From: Hyaloraphidium curvatum SAG 235-1
Lineage: Eukaryota; Fungi; Monoblepharomycota
Reading direction: 5' to 3'
Length of the DNA: 64,000 nt
Assembly (NCBI GenBank): GCA_025558095.1
Contig: JAIVFI010000002.1
Coordinates: 1,116,001 to 1,180,000, forward strand
Shown here: positions 46,256 through 56,500 of the stretch, piece by piece
Numbering within the stretch: position 1 is the first letter of the stretch
How the letters are laid out: the number at the start of each line of letters is the position of its first letter
Position numbers and translations under genes: made by a program
The notes under the pieces: generated by a model
What the model was told of the DNA's origin: nothing
Database searches by the model: none
The model's input: the letters and a program-made list of their open reading frames with translations, nothing else

Positions 46256-47761
46256 ATGGCGTCCTACGCGGCGCGAATCCTCTCGTTGCTGCTGTTATTT
46301 GCGCTCGCCGCCGCGTGCGCCGCGCAGATCGTGTCGGTCAAGACGGCCACGCGCTCCGTCGCCGGCGCGACGCGCGCCGTCTACCACGGCGGCCACGCAC
46401 ACGCCGGGCACGAGGGGGGCCATTCTCACGGCCATTCACATGGACATTCGGGCCACGGGCACGCCCACGCGCACGAGGAGGAGCATCTGCACGACATGGA
46501 GGAGCACGGCCACGCGGACCACGCGTCGGCCCACGGAGGACACTCTCATGGCGGACATTCCCACGCGGACCATTCCCATGGAGATCATTCGCATGGAGGG
46601 CGCGGTGGCGATCATACTCATGGAGCCGCTGCCGGGAAGGTCGCGGACAAGGAAGAACCGACCAGTGAGACCTTCCAAGGCATTCCGCAGACAGCAACCA
46701 ACACGCCTCCGATTCCAGCAGCTTCGTTTGCCTCCTACATTCCCTCGTTCCTGCCGCCAACCCTCGTCGCCATGCTCGCCCAGCTCCTGATTCCGCACAT
46801 ATCCACCTCAATGCTCTCCCCCGTCCTCGACGCCCTCCCTCCGGCTGCCATGGCCGCCGCCCTGTGTTTTGCCGGCGGCAGTGTGGTTGGCGAGGTATTC
46901 CTGCACGGCGTCGGCGAACGGATGCACGGACATGGACACGACCATGGAGGCCACGGGCACCACGAAGGCGGCGGGCTGCCGTACGAGCAGGCCGTCCTCG
47001 TCGGCATCCTGGCCTTCTTTGCCCTGGGCAGGCTGCTGGATGCGCTGCTTTCGGGTGCCGAGGGCGGAAGCAAGGAAAAGGCCGAACCGGCCGTGCCCGC
47101 TGAGGAAAGCACGGACGAGAAGGAGGCTCCAAAGGAGGACACGCGCCGACGCACGCGAGCCTCTGCCCAAGCCGAGCACGATCACCAATCGGAGCACGAC
47201 CACGACCACGCCCACGACCACGCCCACGATTCGGCCCACTTCCACGGCCCGCACGCCTCGAAGCGGCCCTCGCCCGCCCTCGCCCTGCACCACCTCTCCG
47301 CCCTCTCCCACTCCCTCCTCGACTCCCTCGCCCTCTCCGTCCCCTTCTTCCTGCACCCCTCCCCACCCTGGCCGGCGCTCGCCGCTGTCCTCCTCCACGA
47401 GGTCCCGCACCGCGCCGCCGCGCTGCTCGTCGGCAAGGCCCTCGGCGGCGACGCGCGGCAGCTCGGGCTGTGGGGCGGCACCGGTGTCTTGTTGGGCTGG
47501 GGATGCGGGTGGCTGCTTTCCGCGGCGGGGGCGGGGATGGGCGACCGCGAGGCGTGGGAGGGGGTTGCGGCGGGGGCGATGCTCTACGTGGGGATGGTGG
47601 GGGTGCTGGGGGAGGTGGCGGGACATTCGCACGGGCACGGGGAGGATCACCACGGGCACGGGCATGGGGGCGGGGGGAACAAGTTTGGGAGGGCGCTCGT
47701 AGAGATCATCGGGCTCGCGGCGGGAATGGCGAGCGCGGGGCTGGTCAAGCACGAGCATTGA
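46256..47761 (+). CDS. ZIP family zinc transporter (ZIP7/Yke4-like), very His-rich
   Basis: Signal peptide, (HG)n/HSH tracts, FAGGSVVGEVFLH, HSLLDSLA, LLHEVPH and AAGAMLYVGMV. Confidence 0.85.
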   Translation: MASYAARILSLLLLFALAAACAAQIVSVKTATRSVAGATRAVYHGGHAHAGHEGGHSHGHSHGHSGHGHAHAHEEEHLHDMEEHGHADHASAHGGHSHGGHSHADHSHGDHSHGGRGGDHTHGAAAGKVADKEEPTSETFQGIPQTATNTPPIPAASFASYIPSFLPPTLVAMLAQLLIPHISTSMLSPVLDALPPAAMAAALCFAGGSVVGEVFLHGVGERMHGHGHDHGGHGHHEGGGLPYEQAVLVGILAFFALGRLLDALLSGAEGGSKEKAEPAVPAEESTDEKEAPKEDTRRRTRASAQAEHDHQSEHDHDHAHDHAHDSAHFHGPHASKRPSPALALHHLSALSHSLLDSLALSVPFFLHPSPPWPALAAVLLHEVPHRAAALLVGKALGGDARQLGLWGGTGVLLGWGCGWLLSAAGAGMGDREAWEGVAAGAMLYVGMVGVLGEVAGHSHGHGEDHHGHGHGGGGNKFGRALVEIIGLAAGMASAGLVKHEH

Positions 47762-47932
47762 TGGATGTTGAAGGGTAGGCGGATGTACTTTATTCGGCGA
47801 TGCAGGAGCTGAACATGGCTTCGTAGTTCGACGGATGCGAGCCCGTCAAATTTTGTCCGGCTTTTGTCCTCACTGGCAAAAGAGCTCCCCGTCGCTTCGT
47901 GCGCTGAGCATCAATCCGAACCAAAAGCAATC

Positions 47933-50545
47933 ATGAGCGAGCGGAAGCCTACGGCGGCCGAGCTGAAGGAGGACGGCAATAAGAAGTTCCTGGACAAGCG
48001 CTACGACATGGCGCTTGCTTGCTACCGCCGCGCCCTGGCCGCCCCCGATGCCGACGTTCATTCCTTGGTCTCGATCCTTCTCAATCTGGGAATCAGCTTT
48101 GCTCGCACTGGGCAGCAGAAGACCAGCATCCTGATGTCTCTGGCCGCTTCGGTCCTAGCCGTCGGGGACAACGCAAGGCATGGCAAGGCGTTGATCCGAG
48201 CCGCGTCGGCGCTGCTGGCCGAGGGGCACAAAGTGGCGGCGGCTTACGCTTTGGCGGCAGGGATGAAGCTGGCTCCGGAGCTGTGTGCGCCACAGGCGGC
48301 CGAGTGGGGCTTGGACAACTTTGGCACCCAGCGGGCCTTTGTTCTTGCTGCCGCGGATTCCATTGAATGGATCGCACTCCCCGCGCCGTCTGGATCAGCC
48401 AGTGCCTCTGTGCTGCGCGAGCAGGGCAACGTGCTTTTTGCCGCGGGATCGCACGGACCGGCTTTGGAGCTGTACCTCGAGGCGCTTGCCTCCCATCCTG
48501 CCCTGGCTACCGTGCGCGCGATCCTCAGCAACATCTCGGCCTGCCAGCGGCGGAGGGGTGATGAGGTGGAGGCGGCTGAGAAAGCTATTGCGGCGATTGC
48601 GCTGGGCTCGTCAGCCAGGTCTTTTGCGCGGCTTGCGGAGGGGCTGACGGACATGGGCGAAACCTCGCGCGCCGTCGCCGTTTGCACTGCCGGCTTGCAC
48701 AAGGATCCGGGATCGGCGGAGCTCAAGAAGCTGCTTGACTCGATCGGTCCTTCAGCCGCTGCAGACACGTTGCGCAGATCGGAAAGCTCGAGGCAGAACG
48801 ACGAGACCCTGGAATCGCGCCTGGAGTCCAATCGTCGGATGAACGAGATGGTCGCAAGACTGGGACGGGCGCCGGGGCTGCCATTTACTCTCGACGTGCG
48901 GGTCAAGCCATTCCATCGCGAGCTAAGCCGCGATCAGTGGCCAGTCGGATGCGAAGCTTTGAAGAGGCAGTGGCAGACGAAGCTTGAACTGGGCTACGAG
49001 GAAGCACGGAGCACCGGAATGCACGAAATGCGGTTCAAGGAGCCGGCGATCGACAGAGGTCACGACACGGACTGGCTCAAGCGGCTCGGGCCCGGCATTA
49101 CCGACCGCCAGTTCGCCGAGTGGATGTTGACTCCCGAGCGGGGTTTCCCCGTGCGTTTTGCCCCCCGCCTGTCTTACGGAAGCGCGATACGCGGGCCGGG
49201 TGCCGACGTGCGCATGGTCCACAGCTTTGGCAACGCAGCCGTCCGGAACGAGATCCTCACCGCGGGCAAAACTCACGTCGCGGTCGGCTTTGTGGACCTT
49301 GCGACATTGCTCTCGGCCAAGCTCGCTGGCGCTCCGAAAGCGCTCAAGTGGTACGGGTTCGAAGCTGCCTCGCATTCGGTGGCCAAGACCATGGTGATCG
49401 TGGCGATGCTGGAGTCGGGTGCGTCTGTGGACGACTTGCTTGAAGTCTGGTACTCGGCGACGTGGACCGAATCGGGGTGGAAGGCCTTCCGCGAGGCCAT
49501 CGATCGCATGGACATCGACTCTTTCCGCGGTCGTGAGATTGACTCGGAGGTTCGCGCTTGGCTGCACCTTTGGAGGACCAGTCCCCGAGTCGCAATCGAA
49601 GAGGCAAGGAAGGAGATCTTCCTCGGACGCACGCGTTCCCAGAGCGACATCGCCAACTTCGTTGATCGCTCGGACAGGGTTGCCGTCATGGCCTACACGG
49701 TTTCTGGGGACTTGCCGTTGGACCGCGGGATCCCGATCTGCGCAAACGTAACGATGTTTCGGATGCTCCCTGGATACGCGAGGCAGCCGCACGAGCACTT
49801 CCTGTTCTCGATCTCGCAGGACGAGCTTTGGCCGAGGCGCAGGGCGGGATCGAAGGACGTTGTTCGTGCTGGGGTCGAATACCTGCGGGACCGCGTCGGA
49901 TGGCTTCGGACGGCTATCGAGCAAGGAATCGTGCGCATTTCGGGCCTCGAAGTCGCGATGGTCGAGCCAGGGGCTGCCATCAACCGCCGCATCCGCTCGC
50001 TCGGGCCTTGGACCATGAGCTGGAGCAACGTGTGCGACTACATGACGCCGGCCGACTTCCACCGCGTGGCGCGCGAGTGCAGCGCGGACGAGGACACGGT
50101 GCACTACACCTACTCCATGAACTGGAGATACGACGTGAAGAACTCGTTCGTGCTCGACTGTCCTTCCTCGGAAGGTCGCATGCTGGCGCTGACGCAGGCC
50201 AAGAAAGCCATCGAGGCCATGTACCAGCTGCGTGGGATCCATAAGCTGCTGCTCAGTCCTCCAATCGACAACGCGCTCAACATTGCCGACTACGGCCTGA
50301 GCCTGGCGTCGTACCGGAAATGGGTGGCCGCGTTCTGCAAGACCGCTGGCAGCGAGGTCAACGTCGCCATGGTGGAGCTGCAACCGTACACCCTGCTCTC
50401 GCAGGCCAACAACATCATCTACTTTTCGTTCACGTACGACACCAACATCAAGTTTGAGAACGCAAATACCGACGGCGTCGGCTGGGATCAGCAGGAGTTG
50501 GAGAAAGCGATGGCGAGGATGGGAATGAAGGGCGAGAGGAAGTAG
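47933..50545 (+). CDS. TPR-repeat protein with a large C-terminal domain of unknown function
   Basis: Two TPR blocks (LKEDGNKKF...ALACYRRAL; LREQGNVLF...ALELYLEAL). C-terminal HVAVGFVDL and SWSNVCDYM motifs. Intronless, 870 aa. Confidence 0.8.
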   Translation: MSERKPTAAELKEDGNKKFLDKRYDMALACYRRALAAPDADVHSLVSILLNLGISFARTGQQKTSILMSLAASVLAVGDNARHGKALIRAASALLAEGHKVAAAYALAAGMKLAPELCAPQAAEWGLDNFGTQRAFVLAAADSIEWIALPAPSGSASASVLREQGNVLFAAGSHGPALELYLEALASHPALATVRAILSNISACQRRRGDEVEAAEKAIAAIALGSSARSFARLAEGLTDMGETSRAVAVCTAGLHKDPGSAELKKLLDSIGPSAAADTLRRSESSRQNDETLESRLESNRRMNEMVARLGRAPGLPFTLDVRVKPFHRELSRDQWPVGCEALKRQWQTKLELGYEEARSTGMHEMRFKEPAIDRGHDTDWLKRLGPGITDRQFAEWMLTPERGFPVRFAPRLSYGSAIRGPGADVRMVHSFGNAAVRNEILTAGKTHVAVGFVDLATLLSAKLAGAPKALKWYGFEAASHSVAKTMVIVAMLESGASVDDLLEVWYSATWTESGWKAFREAIDRMDIDSFRGREIDSEVRAWLHLWRTSPRVAIEEARKEIFLGRTRSQSDIANFVDRSDRVAVMAYTVSGDLPLDRGIPICANVTMFRMLPGYARQPHEHFLFSISQDELWPRRRAGSKDVVRAGVEYLRDRVGWLRTAIEQGIVRISGLEVAMVEPGAAINRRIRSLGPWTMSWSNVCDYMTPADFHRVARECSADEDTVHYTYSMNWRYDVKNSFVLDCPSSEGRMLALTQAKKAIEAMYQLRGIHKLLLSPPIDNALNIADYGLSLASYRKWVAAFCKTAGSEVNVAMVELQPYTLLSQANNIIYFSFTYDTNIKFENANTDGVGWDQQELEKAMARMGMKGERK

Positions 50546-50723
50546 ATGCTTCCGTGGATGATCTCCGTGATGCAGCGAGCACGCCTATTATTTCGATCCC
50601 CACTCTAGCTGATCCCTCCGAAGATGTCGAGAGCTGGTCGCTCGATCCGCCGGATGTGGTCGAAATTCGAAGCGTCGTTCAGTTGTGACTGAGTGCCCCC
50701 TACCGTGTTCTTCAACGGCTCTC

Positions 50724-52166
50724 ATGGCAGCCGGCAAAGACGCCGCTCTGTTTAGCGCGCGGGCGCTTCTTGCGGCGTTCCCGCAGGCACCGCCGGCCGC
50801 GTCGTTCCTCTCGGGACTGCCTGCGCCGGCTGACCCCGCCGAGGCGCAGCGCGTAGCTGACCCGCTGACGCGCGACACATTCCTCTCGGCACTGTCCGCG
50901 GCGCCAGGGCTGCGGGCTGTAACGCGGCTGCAGATTGCGCTCGACCCGATCACCCGCCGCGTGCTCGCCCGCGGCGTCGGGGCGTGGCTGGCGCACTGCG
51001 CCGTCGTGCCGATGGTCGCCCTCTTCGGCGGGTTCGGCACGCCACAGCTGGCGCTGGGCGTCGTCGGCATGCTCTGCGCGAGCCTGACACCTACCGTGAT
51101 CCTGCCGCTGTTTGCGCAGTTCCGCTCGACGCTGGTGCTCGGCAGCCGCGAGTTCTCGGCCCATGGTGCCTCGGGGCTGGCGCGCTGGGAGCAGCTCGTC
51201 GGCACCGCAGGCACCGGAGGCTCAGATTCGCTGCTGCTGCACGACCCCTCCGACGACCGCTGTCCCTGCCCCGCGCCGTCGTGCGCGGGATCGTGCCGTT
51301 GGCACGCCTCGGCCCTACGCATTTCGGAGTGGCTAGTCAAATATGGCCTCTTTTGCACCGTTTTTCTGAGCTACAGCTGGACCGGGCTGACCGTTCCCGG
51401 AACGTGGCTTAACGCCTGGAGTATCGCCCTTGCCGTCACATCCATAGTCGTCATGCTCCTTACCGCGGTGGCACAATCCCTCTCGCGCTTCTCCACCAAC
51501 GTAGCCCTCCTGGAAGTGACCGACCGCGTGCGCCGCCGCGCAATGAAGCTTGCCCTCGGCGACATGCTCGCGACCTTCCACACGGCAGTCGAATCCGACA
51601 GCGTGGCTGGCCTCGCTTCCTCGGCGTCCAAAGAACCTTTCGAGGTGCTGCACGATCTCCTCATCGCCACGTGGGCGCGACGCATCCGCCAATTCAATAC
51701 CTCGTCCCCTCTCCTACTCTCCCTCATCCCTTACCTAACGTTCGCGGTCGCCAACATGGCCGCCTTCTCGTGCCTGCCGGCCTACTACATCGTCTACACC
51801 GGCTATGTCGCCGTCCTCAACCTCTTCGACCTCGTCAACGTGGCCGCCGAAAACCGCGGCATCGACTCCCAGCGCCGCATGTACCTCGACGCGATCCGGG
51901 AGCTCCGCTCGCTCGGGGACCGCGCGGCGCGCGCGGGAGCCTCCCCGGAGCTGCTCCGCGCCGTCGACGCCCGCGCGGCGCTGCTCGCGACGTTTTCGGA
52001 TGTCGACGGGTACCGCGCCAAGCTGCTGGGGTTCGCGGTCGACTACGGCGTGCTGAGGACGGTGGCGGTGACCGCCCTCACGCTGTTTGTGGGGTTGTGG
52101 AGCATACTGAAGGGGTTGGGGGTGTTTGCGACAATGCAGTCGGTGTGTCCGCACAAGAACTTCTGA
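50724..52166 (+). CDS. Seven-TM membrane protein; candidate gustatory-receptor-like (7TMIC/DUF3537-like) channel
   Basis: Seven hydrophobic segments by eye, and a C-terminal KLLGFAVDYGVLRT..TLFVGLWSIL motif. The CDS itself is well supported by its paralog at 2349-3570; the family call is inference. Confidence 0.75.
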   Translation: MAAGKDAALFSARALLAAFPQAPPAASFLSGLPAPADPAEAQRVADPLTRDTFLSALSAAPGLRAVTRLQIALDPITRRVLARGVGAWLAHCAVVPMVALFGGFGTPQLALGVVGMLCASLTPTVILPLFAQFRSTLVLGSREFSAHGASGLARWEQLVGTAGTGGSDSLLLHDPSDDRCPCPAPSCAGSCRWHASALRISEWLVKYGLFCTVFLSYSWTGLTVPGTWLNAWSIALAVTSIVVMLLTAVAQSLSRFSTNVALLEVTDRVRRRAMKLALGDMLATFHTAVESDSVAGLASSASKEPFEVLHDLLIATWARRIRQFNTSSPLLLSLIPYLTFAVANMAAFSCLPAYYIVYTGYVAVLNLFDLVNVAAENRGIDSQRRMYLDAIRELRSLGDRAARAGASPELLRAVDARAALLATFSDVDGYRAKLLGFAVDYGVLRTVAVTALTLFVGLWSILKGLGVFATMQSVCPHKNF

Positions 52167-52292
52167 ATCGTTTCGGGCATGTTGAAAGATGGGGACGTCG
52201 GACACGTGCGGCGTAGGTTGTGGACGGAGTGGAGGCTTCATCTTGAACGCAGGCTAGGAAGGGAGTTGATGGGCGGTACATCGAGCAGGGCA

Positions 52293-53381
52293 CTACTGCT
52301 CCCCCGCGAGCCGACGAACAGCCTCGAACTCCTCGCACTCCGTCCCGCCGACAGTTCCCAGCTCTTCCCACGCCCGGATCTCCCGAAGACACTCCCTCGC
52401 GCGCTCCACGGTCCACTGTTCGACCCCCTGGAACTCCAGCGCACCGATCGAGACGGCGACCGGCGGGGTCAGGCCGGAAAGGAGGGATCGTACGGCAGTA
52501 AGGTCTGTCGGGCCGGTTTCTTTGAGAGGCAGGCGGCGGATGTGCAGGGTCCGAAGGTTCGGCGGGAGACGGAGGCGGAGAAGCATCTCCGCGGAAGCAC
52601 CACCCAGGTCCAACGATTCGACACTCGTCATCTTGGGCAAGTTCGACGTTCGAAATATATGGTTCTAAGCCCCTGGGCGGCCACGCGCAGGGCGACCGGT
52701 TTGAAGTCTTGCCGTCCGGCCAGCACTTCCAGTTGACGACCGTAAGCGAGCCAGGACCTGATCTTTGGAAACACGTGCTACGGCGTCTTTTCAAACCGAG
52801 GAGCTCTGGCTCTTGGTAGCCGACTTCGAAGTGCGCCGTCTTCAGAGCCGGACACGCCCGGATCACGCGGGCAAGGGCTGCCGCAGTACACGAAGACCGC
52901 AGTGTCAAGTGCTCTAAAAGAGGCAGCTGAGGAAACGTGGCGACGATAATGCTCCGAGCATCCCTGTGAAGGAACAGCTCGAGCTCCAGCGAGCACAGTT
53001 GGGTGAGATTGGCTCCAGCAAAGGCTTCCAAATCCCCCAATTCCCGGTCAATCTTGAACGAAAGTAGCGCAAGGGCGGAACAGGAGTGCAGGAGTCGCCG
53101 TTCGTGGCCACGAAACCGAACGAGGCACGTGAGGTCCAGATCCTTCACGTATCGGCACATTCCTCCCGCAATCAGCATGTCCACGACGGCTGGAACTCTA
53201 TCTTCGTGAAGCCAGGAAAGACAAAAGCGTTCCATTAACCTGGGTAACACCAGTTCGTGAAGATCCCGGCACGCGGAGAGAGTTCACGGAGGTTTCGCGA
53301 CCTGGGCTGGAGGTGCGAGGCAACGGCCAGAAACAACTCCGGCGGCAGCAGGGCTTCAGAAGCATCGTTTGACGATGCCAT
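52293..53381 (-). pseudogene. F-box/LRR-like pseudogene with several lesions
   Basis: LLPPELFLAVASHL F-box; frameshift near 53275; frameshift plus TAG near 52780; another frameshift near 52650 before LPKMTSVESLDL. Confidence 0.8.
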
Positions 53382-53501
53382 GCGCGAGCTTTTCGAGGCG
53401 GAATCCATTGGCGATTTCACGGGCTCTCGCCATTGTTTTGAAATGGCGTCGACCGCGGTCTCGCAGCGCGCATCGCACTCGTTCGTAGGCCAGGTCCCAA
53501 G

Positions 53502-56500
53502 ATGGCCCCTCCCGCGGCCTCGCTGAGTGCCGCCGATGTGCGCCGCCGGCTCTTCGCGTCGCCCGGAACCCCCCCGGCGGAGCTGCCGGCGCTCTCGCGA
53601 GCCTTGTACGACGCGCTTTCGGGCACGTCGGACGCCCCGCTGGAACTGCTCGCGGACTGCCTCACTCTGCGCGGCGGCGAATTTGCAGGCTGGGCGGTCG
53701 ATGTTGCGACACGCGTCTCGGGCTCCGGAAAGGCGGGATCGGATGTCGTGGGGCGTCTGCGAGCGCTGGCGTTGGAGCGTGCCGCGTCTCTGCCGCCGCG
53801 TGGACTGGCCGCCGCGGCCGCCTTATCTGCCATCGCGCTCTTAAATGACAATGGCAAGGGGCCGATCGCTCCAAAGGACCACGTGTTTTCGGTGCTGGCG
53901 ACCGCCAACAGGGCGTCGATCCCGCTGGCCGAGCGGGAGATTCTGGAACGCGTTCTGCCTGCCTCTCTGCCCGTGGCCGAACTGGGAATGCGGTTTTCGA
54001 AAATCGAGCCCTTTTTGCGCTTCCTGCTGTGGCATCCTGCTTTTGCTTCGGACGCGGGAGCCCAGGTCGCCGTGTCTTCGGCCGTCCACCGGGTGCTCGG
54101 AGGTGCGAGGGACGCGTCAGCGGCCGACAAGGCCCTGATCTCGCAGTATGTAGCCTCGCACTTGCTGCCGTCACCGCTGGCGCCCACCTCGCTGCTGCTT
54201 CGGGCGGCCAGGTGGCTGCTTTGCACCAAGGAGGTCGGGCCCAGGATCGCAGTGCTCGGGCAGCTGGCCGATGCCGCGGATCGGCTCGCTTCCGACGCCA
54301 GTATCGCGTCGGCGGACTTTGCCAAGGATTTGTGGCTGGCTGTTTGCAAGAGCCCGACGCCGGCCACTGGTGCCGCCCTGGTGTTTGAGCTGGCGACCAT
54401 CTGCTCCGCAGCCTTCCATGTCGGGTCCTCGGCCGCATCGCAGGACGATGCCCTTCCAGCTCTTGCCTCCTCCGTCGACCTGCTCGAAAAGCTGCCCGCG
54501 GACGTCGGACCGGGGCCCGCCAGCTTGGTGCTCTCGGTTCTGGTGCACCACCTCGCAGAGCGGGAAGGCCGCTCCGGACCGCATGCCGCGCAGCTCAGGC
54601 AGCTCCTCGAACGAGCAGAGGCCAGGCGCGCAGGTGCTTCTACGGATGGTGCCGGCGCACTTGTCGCGCAGCTGGACGCGCTGCGGCGAACGCACCCCGC
54701 ATTGTCTCGCCCCGGCTTGTCTCTGATCGCGGCAAACACTGCCACCCTGCTCTCGCCCCCTTCCGACCCTTCCGTCTTCTCTACCCCGTTCTTCCTTTCC
54801 GCCGCCCTGCTCGCACATCCCTCCCTCCTTCCAAGCATCCCGCCATCCCAATCCTTCCTCGCGGAGTACACATACCTCCTTTCCAACCCAACCCCGCCCC
54901 TCGCCCGCGCCCTCCTCGCCTCCCTCACCTCCTTAGCTTCTCCGCAACCGTCGTCGGCATTCGCCACCGCCCGCGCGGTCCGCACGGCGCTGTCGCTCCC
55001 AGATTCGGCGGCGCGGCTCCGTGTGCTGTCCCTGTGCGCGGCGGGGAACGGCAGGGCGTGGAGGTGGTGGGCTGCGGAGCTGGGTGGGTGGGCGAGGAAG
55101 AGGGCGGCCAGGGTGGAGGAGATGGGGAGGAAGAGGAAGGATTGGGGCGCCGAGGGGTACGACGAGGAGGAGGCGATGATGACTGTCGTCGGGTAGGTCT
55201 CCTCGCGTGCAGATCGCGACCGAATCGGAAGCTCACTTGTGCAAATCAAACCACAAATCAAACCACAGGCGTGCCATATCCGACCACCCGCGCTCCGCAG
55301 CCCAGCCAGCCTTCCCCGTGCTCCTCGCCCTGCTCCGCTCCCAGCTGCTCCGCTCGCCCGTCGCCCGCGCGGCGTGCGTGCGCTCGGCGACCGCCGCCGC
55401 GTCGCTGGGGCTGGCGGATCCGAGAGCCGTGTGGCACGTTGCGATGAGGGCGGTGGTGGAGGAGGCCATGGCGGGGGAGGACGAGGAGATGTGGGAGGCC
55501 TGCGCGGGGTTCCTGGGGGTTTGCGGGGAGCTTTGGGACGGTGGGTGCACGGAACAGACCGTCAACGAAGCTGACATTCTCTGCGCCCGTATCCACAGAA
55601 TCGGAAGCCTACACCGCCTTCCTTAACGACGACATACTTCCGCGACTCCTTCCCCGCGCCCTCCCGCCCGCTGCCCCAAGCTCGCGCCGCTCTGCTGCTC
55701 AAAGCGCGCTCTCCTTCTTCCCCATCACCTTGCTCGCCCCGCACCTGCCGCCCGAGGTCTCTTCCCTCGTCCCGCACATCGACCGACCCCTGCTTTCCGC
55801 GCTCATGGCGAACGAGCTTTCGACCATGCGCCGCTCCGTCCTCCGCGGCACGGGCAGCACCGGTCGCGCTCGCGCTGAGCCTGCACCCGCGCTTGTGGAC
55901 GGTGCCCGCGCAGCGCTAGGGACTCTGGAATCCCTCGCAGAGCGCCCGGCAAAGGTTGGCGCCAAACCCGGGTACATATTGGGCGCCTTGTTGGGCTCCT
56001 CGGGCGCTCCACCGCCAGGCGTTTCGCCCGTTGCGTACTTGCAGAAGCGAGAAAAGCTCGTCACGGACGCCGTGAAGGACCTGACGGGGATCGTGGCGAC
56101 CGACCAGCCTGTCCTCGGGCGGCTCGGTGCGGGCGAGGCCTTCGCGCGGGGCTGGGACGCAGTCTGGTCGGCCGCGGCGCGGGCTGCGGACGTCCAGGTT
56201 GCTTCTGGAGGTGACGCTGTTTCGGCCAGGTCGATCGCCGAGGCGCGGTTCGCGGAGCTCGTGGGGAAGATGGCCGATCCCAAGAGTCCGCTCGAGGCCG
56301 GCAACGCGGCGGCTTCCGCGGCGGGCCTGTGCAGGAGCCTGGTGCGGAGCGGGGAGGCGGAGCTCGGGACCAGGTTGGGGAGGAGCCTGCTTTCGAGGTT
56401 GCTGGAACCGGCAAAGGGTCTTGGGGACGAGGGAAACGACGAGGTCGGAGCGGCCAGGGCGTTGGCCATCGCTGCATTGGCGCCGTCGGTCGTCGACCGC

